55,571 bases of DNA from Candidatus Altiarchaeota archaeon (lineage in GTDB: Archaea > Altiarchaeota > Altiarchaeia > IMC4 > SCGC-AAA252-I15), in NCBI GenBank assembly GCA_043804895.1, contig JAZDIN010000066.1, positions 1-55,571 on the forward strand, in the 5' to 3' direction. The position numbers were made by a program, and so were the translations under genes. The notes beneath the pieces were generated by a model. The model had not been told where the DNA came from. It made no database searches and saw nothing but the letters and a program-made list of their open reading frames with translations. Shown in pieces: positions 41,357 through 51,869 of the stretch (positions within the stretch are counted from its first letter, which is position 1; each line of letters starts with the position of its first letter).

Positions 41357-43816
41357 ATGAGGATTCTGGTTGTTGCGTTGATTCTGGCTGCCTTCGTCTC
41401 CTGCGTTTCGGCTGAGGAGTACATGTCGTTGTACGGGAACTCGAGCGCGAAGGAGGTCGTGTTCGGTTTGGACGTGGGGGATGTGAACAACGACGGCAGG
41501 AAGGAGGTCGCGGTCGCCGGGTCCCAGGACGGCCTCGCATACCTGTTTGACTATATGGGTAATCTGTTGTGGAAGAGGGATATGGCTTCCATAATTTACA
41601 GCGTCGCTGTTGGGGATGTGAACGGCGATGGAGTCGGTGAGGTTATTGCAGGACACACGGACATGTACGTCTTCGACGGCTACGGTAACAGGCTCATGAG
41701 GTATAATACCCAGAACCCAGTCCATACCATACGGACCGGTGACGTCAACGGCGACAATGTGAGCGACATACTGTTGTCAGCATACGACAAGAGCTCATGC
41801 GACAAGGATAGCATCATCTACGCGATAGACCTGAATTCGAAGAACGAGTTGTGGAAGTACATGCCTGACAAGAGCTTGGCCGTCCTTGTCGGCTCATACA
41901 GCGTGCCTTATGTGATAGAAGCCGCCGACTTGAACGGCGACAACAAGAGTGAGGTTTTGGCTGGGTTTATATACAGGAGCCGGAGCAGCGGAGCCTGCAA
42001 GGGAATGTCGAACCACCCCACAGCCGTTACTGCAGTTGACGGAAGCGGGGAGCTTATATGGTACTTTGAGACCTCGGGGGAGGTGACGTCGATTTCTACA
42101 GGGGATGTGGACGGCGATGGGAAGCCTGATATTGCGGTCGGAAGCTACAGCACAGTCTACGTCCTAGACGCCCAGGGGAAGCTATTGTGGGAGAACAGCA
42201 ACGTGGTCACCACAGGAGTGGAAGATGTCATGATCGCTGATGTGAACGGCGATGGGAAAGGGGAGGTCATCGTCGCATCCAACGGAGTCTACGTCCTCGA
42301 CAGCACAGGGAAGGTGCTGTGGAGCGCTTCAACAGGCTCAAGAACGTACGCCGTAGCATCAGGCGACCTGGACAACGACGGACTACCTGAAGTTATTGCA
42401 GGCTCAGGAGCAATCTACGTTTACTCCCAAGACGGAATCCAACTCTGGCAGGGGCCGTCGCACGTCTCCTATGAGTTCATCAGGGTGGCGGACCTTGACG
42501 GCGACGGATACAACGAGGTCGTCACAGGTTCTGTGAGGGACGTGTACATTTGGAAGTCGACGAAGTATGCGAAGAAGCTCCTTGCTGAGCGGCTCTACAA
42601 CCAGGCAATTGGTTTGGGGAACACGAACATTACGTCTGCACTGGAGAAGTTCACCAAGGCGAAAACGATTTACAGCGAGCTTGGCGACTTGAACGGGAGG
42701 ATAAGGTGCATGAACGAGATAGACAAGCTGACAAAGACGTCTGAAAGGATTGAGGAGGTCAAAGGGAATGCGGGAGTGTTCCTGGACATGGCAAGGGATT
42801 TCAAAAATGGCGGGGACTACATGAACGCCTCAAAATACGCGGCTATGGCACTCTACCAGTCGCAGGAGCTTAACGCCAGCGCCAGGGAGGAGGCTAAGGC
42901 GATAATCTCAGAAGCCAACGCCACGATGTCCAATAAAGCGACTGAGGAGCTGGCTTCGGCGAACGAGAGGTATAATGCCGGGGACCGGGAGGGAGCCTGC
43001 ATTCACGCGACTGTCGCGAGGGGGTATTACGAGTTCTTGGGTGATGAGTGGAGGGTTGAGAAGACAGGTGAGTTGATATCGGCCTTGGATTGCGTCCCTG
43101 AGAGTAAGCCCCAGGAGAATGTCACGCAGGAGAGTGTAACGGACATGATCAAACGCGACCTGTCTAACCTTGCTGTCAACATCAACTCAGTAAACCCAAT
43201 CTACTTGATTGGACTCCTCGCGGCCGTGGCAGCAGTCATGTTCATGATATTGGTGACAGCCTACTTCTGGATGTTATCAAGGAGGAATACCCTTGACGTG
43301 AACCGCCTCCACAAGGTGAGCTACGGCAGAGACTACGAGTCAGCGGTGGCGCAAACCGGGAGCCAGAGCAAAAAGTACACTGTGGGGGAGGACAGGCTGG
43401 TGGTTGGGACGATCAGGACTGACGAAGACCATCAGGTGAGCCCGCTCAAGCGCAGGAACATGGTGGTTGAGAAGTACACCACGACAAACGGTAGCGGAGA
43501 CGTTGACATGCCCAAAGAGAGCGAGGAGATTGTGAAAGCCCCCCCAAGGATTAAGGTGCCGAAGGTTGAAAGATACAGGACAAGCGGGGAGGAAACGCAG
43601 GTGGAGGAGGACAGGAAAAGGGAGACTAAGCTGCCGCCTGTGAACGAAGCCTCTGAGGCGATGATTAGGGCTAGGAAGGCGAGATTCAGCGGGCAGGTTG
43701 GCTCAAGCGACAGCATGAGAGTCGAGTTGACTCCAAACAAGGGGATATTCAAGGCGCAGGTGTGCAGGAAAGGCGCCTGCATAAGGACGAAAAGGATAAT
43801 GAAGAGGTATATATAA
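41357..43816 (+). CDS. Secreted FG-GAP/VCBS repeat beta-propeller protein with helical stalk and TM anchor
   Basis: Signal peptide; many D[VL][ND]GDG..E repeats; TM segment near residue 620; cytoplasmic tail. Confidence 0.88.
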   Translation: MRILVVALILAAFVSCVSAEEYMSLYGNSSAKEVVFGLDVGDVNNDGRKEVAVAGSQDGLAYLFDYMGNLLWKRDMASIIYSVAVGDVNGDGVGEVIAGHTDMYVFDGYGNRLMRYNTQNPVHTIRTGDVNGDNVSDILLSAYDKSSCDKDSIIYAIDLNSKNELWKYMPDKSLAVLVGSYSVPYVIEAADLNGDNKSEVLAGFIYRSRSSGACKGMSNHPTAVTAVDGSGELIWYFETSGEVTSISTGDVDGDGKPDIAVGSYSTVYVLDAQGKLLWENSNVVTTGVEDVMIADVNGDGKGEVIVASNGVYVLDSTGKVLWSASTGSRTYAVASGDLDNDGLPEVIAGSGAIYVYSQDGIQLWQGPSHVSYEFIRVADLDGDGYNEVVTGSVRDVYIWKSTKYAKKLLAERLYNQAIGLGNTNITSALEKFTKAKTIYSELGDLNGRIRCMNEIDKLTKTSERIEEVKGNAGVFLDMARDFKNGGDYMNASKYAAMALYQSQELNASAREEAKAIISEANATMSNKATEELASANERYNAGDREGACIHATVARGYYEFLGDEWRVEKTGELISALDCVPESKPQENVTQESVTDMIKRDLSNLAVNINSVNPIYLIGLLAAVAAVMFMILVTAYFWMLSRRNTLDVNRLHKVSYGRDYESAVAQTGSQSKKYTVGEDRLVVGTIRTDEDHQVSPLKRRNMVVEKYTTTNGSGDVDMPKESEEIVKAPPRIKVPKVERYRTSGEETQVEEDRKRETKLPPVNEASEAMIRARKARFSGQVGSSDSMRVELTPNKGIFKAQVCRKGACIRTKRIMKRYI

Positions 43817-43845
43817 TTGCTAGTGATAAGTTATTGTGAGGGGTT

Positions 43846-44058
43846 ATGGAGCTGATTAATGCCTTTTTGGTTGTGTTGTCTCTTGCCATTACAGTCTCTG
43901 CGGCTGGGGGCAATTCTCCACTTCTTGAGTCGATTGAACTGCACATCGGCCTCGTGCTTCTGATAGCGTCCATTGTGGTCATAATCCTTATGGTGATGAT
44001 GCTCATCTACCTCCACAGCATAAGCGAGCACCTCAACTGGATTAGGCGGGTGAGGTAG
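43846..44058 (+). CDS. Small two-TM membrane protein
   Basis: Two hydrophobic segments; GAGGG SD-like sequence. Confidence 0.55.
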   Translation: MELINAFLVVLSLAITVSAAGGNSPLLESIELHIGLVLLIASIVVIILMVMMLIYLHSISEHLNWIRRVR

Positions 44059-44094
44059 CGGCTTATATTGCCGGATTGTTTATAGGTTACTTCG

Positions 44095-44346
44095 GTGGTT
44101 GGTTTGTCAAGGAAATTAAAGGCGAAGACGCTTCCAAAGAAGAAACCCGCGGCTGATGTTTCCGGAAAACGCCAGAAGGTGTACAGCATAATACACAAGC
44201 TGCACATGCTCAAGGTCACGAGCCTCACATCAGAGGCGGAGAGCGAGAGGATAACAGGCGAGGAACTCGGTGAAATACTCGACGAGCTTAAGCTAAAGGG
44301 TCTCATATACTCGCCGAAGCCTGGCTTCGTCGACTGCGTCGACTGA
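44095..44346 (+). CDS. Small winged-helix protein
   Basis: C-terminal ILDELKLKGLIYSPKPG. Confidence 0.6.
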   Translation: MVGLSRKLKAKTLPKKKPAADVSGKRQKVYSIIHKLHMLKVTSLTSEAESERITGEELGEILDELKLKGLIYSPKPGFVDCVD

Positions 44347-44353
44347 AACCCTT

Positions 44354-46960
44354 TCACTCCCTTTTGAGTATCGCGTCCAGTCTCCTTGCTGCCGCATCAG
44401 CGAAGTAGAGGAGGAGAGCTGCTGAGGCGAAGTACAGCCACAACTCCTTAGAATCCCTGACCTCCCTCGTCGAAGACTGCTTAGCCTTACCAGTTATGTC
44501 GGCTATGAGCTCTTCAAGCTGATCCTCTCCGTACACTCCGCCGTCTGTTGTTGATGTCATCTTCGAGAGCCCCTCCTCGTCAACGCCTAATGTGAGGTAT
44601 TCGAGCGGGAAGTTCACGGCAGCGGCGTCGATATCTTCCTCGAGCGGGATTGAAGCCCTTATCCCGTAGAATCCGCTCACCTTCGGCGTGAATGAGGCTG
44701 AGTAGCTTCTGACTCCGGTTCTTGTGAGTAGTATTTTCGGCTCATCCGCCGTGTCTTTGATGTTCTTCACATCCATCTTCGGGGTGGAGTCGGCTGTGAC
44801 AGTAAGTTCCACATCTTGGCCGAGGTGAACGTCCTTCGAGTTGACTCTTATCTTCTTGCCTTTCTCAAGGTCTCCGACGACCCAGTTGGTCATCCCTGAG
44901 ATTAGCTTGCCTGAGTCCACCTTCACAAGCTCCTCACCCCACTCCAGGCCGTTGTCAGCCGTGAGGGTAGCGACCCTGCCAAGGCCGAAACGCCACACTG
45001 TGAGTATCGGTTCCCCGCCTGTTGTGGTTATGAGCAGCTGCGCTATGTTCTTCTCGTAGACTTTGTTGTATCCGCTGACGTAGGAGCCGACGTTCGAGAG
45101 TTCGAAGAGGTTGCGGGTTATGAAATGGTATTCATCGAGGACAGTCACTGGTGTCCTGGCCTCGCCCTTCGGGTTCTCCTCGTCGCCGAATAGCAGCTTC
45201 AGCCGCTGGTCCGCGTCTGTCCTGAAGTAGATGCCGCCGCTCGTCTTCGCGAGGGCGTCCATGAAGTTGTGGCTGGTGTCGAATCCGACGCCGACCGTGT
45301 ATATCTTGACGTTGTTCTTTCGCATGTCGGCTGCGAGGTTGATTGAGATTTTCTCGTTGGCAGCCATGTTCGTGCTTCCGACCCCGTCTGATATGAGTAT
45401 TATCGACTTGTCGCCTGGGTAGTCCTTCACCTGCGAGTACGCGTACCTCAGGGGCTCCGGGAAAGCAGTCCCGTAAGTGCCTGACGGCTTAAGCCGCAGC
45501 ACCTTGTCTTCTATGTCCATCTCGTGCCCTCCAATCTCTCCTGTCGGCCAGACATAGATGTCCGGGTTTATGTGGGGCAGCACGTCGAACGAAGCTATCC
45601 CGACCGTGTCGTTGCTGTGCAGTTCCCTGAGTATCTTTATCAATATGGCCTTCTCTATGTTGATTTTGGTGTCCTGGCTCCCGCTCGCAGCCTTGTATGT
45701 GGTGCTGCCGGACAGGTCGATTAGGAAGAATATGGCTATCGGGTTCCTCTTGTCTATCGGCTTGTCAGTGCTTCTGACTGGGAGTATGTTCTCGACGTAG
45801 CTGTTGTTGTATCCGCCGTATTCGAAGCTGTTTTTGCCGCCGACGAACGCCACACCGTTGCCGGCTTCGAGTATGTATTTTCTGATTTTGCTGACCCTGT
45901 CCCTCGGAAAGTCCCTGTCGTTGATGTTGTCGAATATGACGCCTGCGTACTTGCTGTAGTCGTTGTCAACGCGTCCTGAGACGTCGACGTTGTAGAGCTC
46001 GCCGAGGACTCGAAGCATAGGTGAGGACGCGTTGGCTGACACGAGGAGTATCTTCGGCTTCTCTACGACTTCGACTGCCTTGTAGTAGACGTCGTTTTCA
46101 GCGAACGAGTCCTGATTTGACTTGCCCTCAAGGTCAGGCTGTATCTCGACCCTTATCTCATGCACCCCTATCCCCTTCATTCCAAGGATTAGGGGTATGT
46201 CCTTGAGGGGCTCAGGCTGGGTGAAACGCTGGCTGAACTTCCGCGCACCGTCAACATAGACCAAGAGGTCGTAGGATGCGGAAGCGGTCGCGGTGTTGCC
46301 TACCCTCACAAGGAGGTCGTAGTTTATGTTAGAGGGTATCTTCTTGTCTCCTAGGACGGACTGTATGTACACGTCGTCAAGCTTCCTCTCAGGCGTCACG
46401 GCGTAGAGGCTGGAGTTCGTCTCAGCCATGACAGCCGCTATATCATCTGGGTTTCGGCCTCGGTTGTTTCTTCCGTCGCTGACTAGCACCACAGACGAGG
46501 GTTCGCCGGAGTATTGTAGCATGTTATGGTAGATGGCGTCTCCTATGGCTGTGCTGTTGCCTTCAGAGAAGCGTTCGAGCTTGACCTTAGGCTCTTTTCC
46601 TGTGAGGTTCTGTATCGCGACCTTAAGCCTGTCGAATAAGATGTTTCCTGTAGCCTCGGCGTTCGGGTACATTCTCATGCTGGAGGAGGAGTCCACGAGT
46701 ACTGTTATCGGCGGGACGTCCTCGATGGTCTTCCTACTCTGGAAATACACCGGAGAAGCCAAGGATAGTGCGATAAGTATCACCACAGTCGACCTGATAG
46801 CAAGGAACATGAACTTGCCCCTGGTTAGCCCGCCGCGGCGAACATACAAGAGGAGTATGATGAGTAGGGGAACGGCAATCAGCAGGTATTCTGGGTGTCC
46901 GAAGCCGAAAGACGACGACACACCAAGGTCTGCGCCTGTGGGTAGGGTTGCATTTGTCAT
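44354..46960 (-). CDS. Membrane protein with two vWA domains and a GATase1-like domain
   Basis: DSSSSM and DLSGS MIDAS-like motifs, LVSDG, ISDG, SFEYGGY..ILPV and WRFGLGRV. Confidence 0.88.
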   Translation of the reverse strand: MTNATLPTGADLGVSSSFGFGHPEYLLIAVPLLIILLLYVRRGGLTRGKFMFLAIRSTVVILIALSLASPVYFQSRKTIEDVPPITVLVDSSSSMRMYPNAEATGNILFDRLKVAIQNLTGKEPKVKLERFSEGNSTAIGDAIYHNMLQYSGEPSSVVLVSDGRNNRGRNPDDIAAVMAETNSSLYAVTPERKLDDVYIQSVLGDKKIPSNINYDLLVRVGNTATASASYDLLVYVDGARKFSQRFTQPEPLKDIPLILGMKGIGVHEIRVEIQPDLEGKSNQDSFAENDVYYKAVEVVEKPKILLVSANASSPMLRVLGELYNVDVSGRVDNDYSKYAGVIFDNINDRDFPRDRVSKIRKYILEAGNGVAFVGGKNSFEYGGYNNSYVENILPVRSTDKPIDKRNPIAIFFLIDLSGSTTYKAASGSQDTKINIEKAILIKILRELHSNDTVGIASFDVLPHINPDIYVWPTGEIGGHEMDIEDKVLRLKPSGTYGTAFPEPLRYAYSQVKDYPGDKSIILISDGVGSTNMAANEKISINLAADMRKNNVKIYTVGVGFDTSHNFMDALAKTSGGIYFRTDADQRLKLLFGDEENPKGEARTPVTVLDEYHFITRNLFELSNVGSYVSGYNKVYEKNIAQLLITTTGGEPILTVWRFGLGRVATLTADNGLEWGEELVKVDSGKLISGMTNWVVGDLEKGKKIRVNSKDVHLGQDVELTVTADSTPKMDVKNIKDTADEPKILLTRTGVRSYSASFTPKVSGFYGIRASIPLEEDIDAAAVNFPLEYLTLGVDEEGLSKMTSTTDGGVYGEDQLEELIADITGKAKQSSTREVRDSKELWLYFASAALLLYFADAAARRLDAILKRE

Positions 46961-48909
46961 ATGATACCCCTCCGCCTGTAGAGCACCAGCTCGATGAGCA
47001 GGAACACGAGCATCAATCCTAGGAGATGGCGGAACAGTTCGACCTTCACGTCAACCTCCTCGTACTTGACCTGGAATCCTTCAGCCTCTGCAACATCATC
47101 TTGTGAGCCGACCGTTGTGTTAGACTCCGCAGGGTCGAGCAGGTTCACAGGCACCTGGTCGGTCCGGTCCGGGTAGGCGACCTTGTACACCCCCTGCCGG
47201 TCCAGGAAGATGCTCGCCGAGTTAATGCGCTTGCCCTGGGGGGTCTCAATTCCCATGACTGAAGGAAGCTCAAGGTACTCGCCTGTGCGAAGGCTCGTCG
47301 CCGCCGCCATACCCCTCGACTTAGCGAAGTATTTTATCATCTGGTTCCAGAGTATCGGGAACGAGGAGCTGTAGTATAGGTTACTCCACTCAGGCTCGCT
47401 GTTGATTCCCATGTAGGCGACGTATCCCTTGCCGAAGGGCCGGTAGGATATGAGGGGGTTCTCGAAGAGGTTCAGCCCTACGATGGTCCTCGTCTGGTTG
47501 TCGCGTTCGTTCACGTTATAATACCTTTTGGCCATGACGTTGTCTAGGAACACGTCGTTGAACATGTCATGCTCTTCCATCACCTTGACTGTCGACTCCC
47601 TGCTGCCTTCGCCGATTATGTCCACCGGCATTATGGAGGAGAGGTGCTCGTCTTTCAGGTACTGGGGGAGGCTTTCAGTGCCGAGGACGACGAGGGTCGC
47701 CCCGCTCGCCACTTGGGCTTTTATCAGGGAGAACGTTTCAGGAGATATCTCCTTCTGGTCCGGTATGTTGCCGAGCACTATGACGTCGTAGGGGATGAAT
47801 TCATCCACTTCCTCAGGCACCGTGTAGTTGAAGTCCAGTTTCCTTGAGTCATGGAGCGACTGGAGCATGACATAAAGGTAGTGGTCCTGCTTTGAGGACA
47901 GGAGTATCACCTTGTTGAGCCTGACCGCGGGCACATAGGCGTAGGCGGTGTCGTCGACAGTCAGTTCGTCGCCGCCGACCAGGTTCACTGAAATCAGCTG
48001 CTCGGCCGCCGTTATTGCAGGATGGAAGTAGAAGAACCCCTCATCCCCGGAGGCGACCGCTTTGTTTTCTGATGCGAGGACTCTGTCGCCTGAGCGGACC
48101 TCAAGTGTGACGTTCTTCTCCTCGGGGTAATAGTTCCTGACTGAGGCAGTCGTGAAGAGCTCGCTGTTGTTGGCAAGTGAGCGCCTCACATCCAAGCCGA
48201 CTATCCCGACGTTGCCCCCGCTTGAGCCGACCCTGACGTACTCGACCCGTATAGACGACATCATCGCAAGCTTCCTGGCCAAGTGGACGTCAAAGCCGCC
48301 TCCGGGAGAGAAATCCGAAAGCACGTATATCGCCTTCTTCCTTTCGGAGGAGAGGAGCATGTCACGGGCGAGGAGCACAGCGTCGCCGAGGTTTGAGGGA
48401 GTGTCCGAGAAGGATGCCTCATTGAGTGTCCCGACCGCGTCCTCGCGAGTTCCCATGGACGAGAACGTGAGGGGGATGTTCTCTGCGAGCACTATGGAAA
48501 CCTCGTCCTTCACGTTCAGGTCCCGTAATATTTCGCGCGCCTTAGAGATTGCGGCGCTGAAGCGGTTCGGGCTCACGTCAGTCGACTGCATGCTCGCCGA
48601 CGCGTCGATTATTATCACAACCGACTGGTCCTCCCTCACCTCCTCCCTCGTGTTGTAGAATGGGTTGACTAGGGCGAGGACGAGGACGGTTATTATCAGA
48701 ATCTGAATCAACAGTATCGGGTCGTGCACGAACCTCTGCAGGAAGCTCGTGAAACGCTTGTTCTTCTCTATGAACCTGATGAACATCGTCGAGGGGAACA
48801 GCACAAGCTTCGGCTTAGGCTTCAAAAGGTACAGGAGTATTATCGGCACGAGGAGGCCGAGTCCCGCCAGCGCCAGGGGGTTGGACAGGTTGGATAACAA
48901 ATCAGCCAC
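46957..48909 (-). CDS. BatA N-terminal + vWA domain membrane protein
   Basis: NPLALAGL..PIILLYLLKPKP..FPS, IDASASM and VLSDF motifs. Confidence 0.9.
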   Translation of the reverse strand: MADLLSNLSNPLALAGLGLLVPIILLYLLKPKPKLVLFPSTMFIRFIEKNKRFTSFLQRFVHDPILLIQILIITVLVLALVNPFYNTREEVREDQSVVIIIDASASMQSTDVSPNRFSAAISKAREILRDLNVKDEVSIVLAENIPLTFSSMGTREDAVGTLNEASFSDTPSNLGDAVLLARDMLLSSERKKAIYVLSDFSPGGGFDVHLARKLAMMSSIRVEYVRVGSSGGNVGIVGLDVRRSLANNSELFTTASVRNYYPEEKNVTLEVRSGDRVLASENKAVASGDEGFFYFHPAITAAEQLISVNLVGGDELTVDDTAYAYVPAVRLNKVILLSSKQDHYLYVMLQSLHDSRKLDFNYTVPEEVDEFIPYDVIVLGNIPDQKEISPETFSLIKAQVASGATLVVLGTESLPQYLKDEHLSSIMPVDIIGEGSRESTVKVMEEHDMFNDVFLDNVMAKRYYNVNERDNQTRTIVGLNLFENPLISYRPFGKGYVAYMGINSEPEWSNLYYSSSFPILWNQMIKYFAKSRGMAAATSLRTGEYLELPSVMGIETPQGKRINSASIFLDRQGVYKVAYPDRTDQVPVNLLDPAESNTTVGSQDDVAEAEGFQVKYEEVDVKVELFRHLLGLMLVFLLIELVLYRRRGII

Positions 48910-49789
48910 CCCTTTTACCTCCCCCCACCATCCTCACGAACGCCCCGAATAGGGGGGTTTCTGTGGTGAGCGTCGTGAAGTTGACTCCGATGTCATGGCA
49001 CGTCTGCTCTATCTGGGCGTTGTGTTCCCTGATCTTCCTGCCGTACTCGCGCCTGAAGCTGGGGCTGATGAACGTCCGCTTCACCTCACCTGTCTCCATG
49101 TCCTGGAACTTTATGTCGTCGCTCCATCCGAGGTCCAGCTCCCAGGGGTCTAGGACCTGGACGAGCATAAGCTCCTTGCTGTGCTTGGCCATCCGGTAGA
49201 TGCCCTCACGCACTGATTCCATGTCCTCTATGAAGTCCGATATTATGACGCTAATCGACTTAGACTTTATCAGCTTACTGTACTGTGAGACTGACACCCC
49301 AAGGTCTGTTGCGCCCTTAAGCTGCGTCCTGTTTAGGAGGTCTATTGTGTTGAAGAGGTGGGTCTGGCTCTTCTTCGGCTGGGTTATCTCCCTCAGAGAG
49401 TCCGAATACAACCCTAACGCGAACTTCTCGTGGTTGTTCACGGAAAGGAAGCCGAACCCTGCGGCAATGCTCCCGGCGTAGTCGAACTTGCTCAACTTCC
49501 CGGTCTTGAAGTCCATGCTCGAACTTGAGTCGATGAGTATGTGCAACACGACCTCCTTCTCCTCCTCGAAACGTCGGACATAAAGCTTCTCCATCCGCCC
49601 GTATACGCGCCAGTCTATGAGGCGGAAGTCGTCGCCGGGTATGTACTCACGGTAGTCCACCACCTCGATGCCGCGGCCGTGCTTGATGGATGGTCTGCCG
49701 CCTGCGTAGACGCTGGATATCCTCTTTTTTAGGAGGAAGTTCAACTCCTTCAGCTCGTTTAGGAAGGATGGGTCAATCAATCGGACCAC
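48902..49789 (-). CDS. DUF58 protein
   Basis: DYREYIPGDDFRLIDWRVYGR, DSSSSM and ISDF motifs. Confidence 0.94.
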   Translation of the reverse strand: MVRLIDPSFLNELKELNFLLKKRISSVYAGGRPSIKHGRGIEVVDYREYIPGDDFRLIDWRVYGRMEKLYVRRFEEEKEVVLHILIDSSSSMDFKTGKLSKFDYAGSIAAGFGFLSVNNHEKFALGLYSDSLREITQPKKSQTHLFNTIDLLNRTQLKGATDLGVSVSQYSKLIKSKSISVIISDFIEDMESVREGIYRMAKHSKELMLVQVLDPWELDLGWSDDIKFQDMETGEVKRTFISPSFRREYGRKIREHNAQIEQTCHDIGVNFTTLTTETPLFGAFVRMVGGGKRGG

Positions 49790-50857
49790 CTAACCCGCTT
49801 CCTTCAGTATCTGGTTCACGACTTCGTCGGCGCTCAGACCCTTCCGTTCGCTTTCGAAGTTCAGTATTATCCTGTGCCGAAGCACCGGATGCGCCATGGC
49901 CTTTATGTCGTCCTTGCCGACGTAGTTCCTGCCGTTGAGGAGAGCCCTTGCCTTGGCTGCGAGTACGAGTCCGATGCTCGCCCTTGGGGAGGCGCCGAAG
50001 TCGAGGAATTGGGATGCCGTGTTTTTGCCGGTCGGCCTTGTAGCTGAGACTATTCGCAGCGCGTATTCCCTCACGTCGCCTGAGATTGGCATCTTCTTCG
50101 TGAGGTCCTGTATGGCGAGGACGTGCTCCCTCCTGAGTATCTTGTTCACGCTCGGCGTGAAGTCGCTCGAATACAATTCGACAACCCTGTCCTCCTCTTG
50201 GGCAGTGGGGTAGCCGACCATGATCTTCAGAAGGAACCTGTCAACCTGCGCCTCAGGCAGCGGGTAAGTTCCCTCCATCTCAATCGGGTTCTGGGTCGCA
50301 AGCACGAAGAACGGCCTCTCAAGCTTGTGCGTGGTGGTGCCGGTCGTCACCTGCCTCTCCTGCATGCTCTCAAGCATGGAGGACTGGGACTTCGGAGTCG
50401 CCCTGTTAATCTCATCAGCCAGGAGGATGTTCGTGAAGATGGGGCCTTCCTCGAACCTGAACTTCTTGCGGCCTTGGGAGTCCTCTTCGACTATGTATGT
50501 TCCCGTAACGTCCGAGGGCATGAGGTCTGGGGTGCATTGTATCCTCCTGAACTTCAGGTCCATGATGCTTGCGAGCGTCCTCACCATCATCGTCTTGCCG
50601 ACTCCGGGGAATCCTTCGAGGAGGGCGTGGTTGTCTGTGAATATAGCTACAAGTAGCTGCTCTAATACGTCGTCCTGTCCGATGATTACACGGGAGACTT
50701 CCCTGCGTATCTCATTGTACGTCGTCTTCATCTGGGCGTAGACCTTCCGCAAGTCTACGCTCTCGGGGGCGCGTTCCCCGTTGGGTTTGTCAGGTTTCTC
50801 GTCGACTGTTTCCCAAAGGCTTCTGCCGCCTGTCGCTGCTGCCACCATATGAACCAC
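49790..50857 (-). CDS. moxR: MoxR-family AAA+ ATPase
   Basis: GFPGVGKT, RIQCTPDLMPSD, LADEINR and ATQNPIEMEGTYPLPEAQVDRF motifs. Confidence 0.96.
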   Translation of the reverse strand: MVHMVAAATGGRSLWETVDEKPDKPNGERAPESVDLRKVYAQMKTTYNEIRREVSRVIIGQDDVLEQLLVAIFTDNHALLEGFPGVGKTMMVRTLASIMDLKFRRIQCTPDLMPSDVTGTYIVEEDSQGRKKFRFEEGPIFTNILLADEINRATPKSQSSMLESMQERQVTTGTTTHKLERPFFVLATQNPIEMEGTYPLPEAQVDRFLLKIMVGYPTAQEEDRVVELYSSDFTPSVNKILRREHVLAIQDLTKKMPISGDVREYALRIVSATRPTGKNTASQFLDFGASPRASIGLVLAAKARALLNGRNYVGKDDIKAMAHPVLRHRIILNFESERKGLSADEVVNQILKEAG

Positions 50858-50887
50858 TTAGTTATTGTATTATCCGTATTAAAGACT

Positions 50888-51868
50888 TCAGGAGATTTCC
50901 CCTATCTTCTCGAAATACCGCCTCACCACATCCTCGTTCTCTGGCGCCACGATGCATTCGACGCACTCCTGCGCTGATGACACCTCGTCCATTTGGAAGT
51001 TCCGGTCCCTCGCCCTCCCGCCAACCTCTTTTATGTCGATGCTGCCACCGTATTCCGGGTGGAGCCTGAAGTCGACGTCCCTGCCTTCGATGCTCGCGGA
51101 CGACGCCTCCCCGTATATGTCCTTTCCTGAGACCGTGCCTGCGCCTCCGCCCTTCCCGGGAGTGGGGCCTTCGCTGAATCCGGGACGGTCTCCGCCTGAC
51201 TTCGCACCCAGCTTCTCCTCCTCCTTCTGGTTGCTGTAGTTGCTTGCCTCCCAGCGTCTGCCTGTGAGTACTTCGAATTCGGTGCCTGCATCGGAAACCA
51301 CCTTGGAGAGTCCGCCTTTCGCGTTCGTGGAATCGAGGATGTAGTCCAATGAGTTGAATGCGACGGAGCGCAGGTTAAGGACTGTGACTGTCAGGAAGAG
51401 GAAAGAGAGGACAGCGAGAACGTATATCCTCTTCGACAGCACCTTCATGTCAACGAAACTTGAAGTTTCCACTTCGTCCATACGTTTTATGACATCTGCA
51501 TTAAGGTCCTCGACTATCACGTTGTGAGTGCCCTGATACTCCAGCGCGGTCTGAAGCCGTTCATCAAGGTTCTCATACTGGCCTTTAAGCCTCTCGGTGA
51601 TGTTCCTGTGACGGTATTCCTTTAGAAATTCCACCACCACTATGCCGCACAAGACTGGGATTGGGTATAGGAACTCAATGCTCGGCAGGGGGATAGTTAT
51701 ACCAAGGAGTGGGACGGCCCAGGGGAGCATATGGAGGTTGAAATCCGCCATGAGCATCATGAAAAGAACCAGCAGGTAGCCTATTAGGACGTCGAGGATG
51801 ACCGTATAGATGTTCATGGTCCATAAGACCACCTTAGCCTCCATAACCTTGCTGTTTAACATTTCCAC
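50888..51868 (-). CDS. Conserved hypothetical membrane protein upstream of the MoxR operon
   Basis: TM segments, LDERLQTA and C-terminal VVRRYFEKI. Confidence 0.8.
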   Translation of the reverse strand: MEMLNSKVMEAKVVLWTMNIYTVILDVLIGYLLVLFMMLMADFNLHMLPWAVPLLGITIPLPSIEFLYPIPVLCGIVVVEFLKEYRHRNITERLKGQYENLDERLQTALEYQGTHNVIVEDLNADVIKRMDEVETSSFVDMKVLSKRIYVLAVLSFLFLTVTVLNLRSVAFNSLDYILDSTNAKGGLSKVVSDAGTEFEVLTGRRWEASNYSNQKEEEKLGAKSGGDRPGFSEGPTPGKGGGAGTVSGKDIYGEASSASIEGRDVDFRLHPEYGGSIDIKEVGGRARDRNFQMDEVSSAQECVECIVAPENEDVVRRYFEKIGEIS

Positions 51869-51869
51869 T

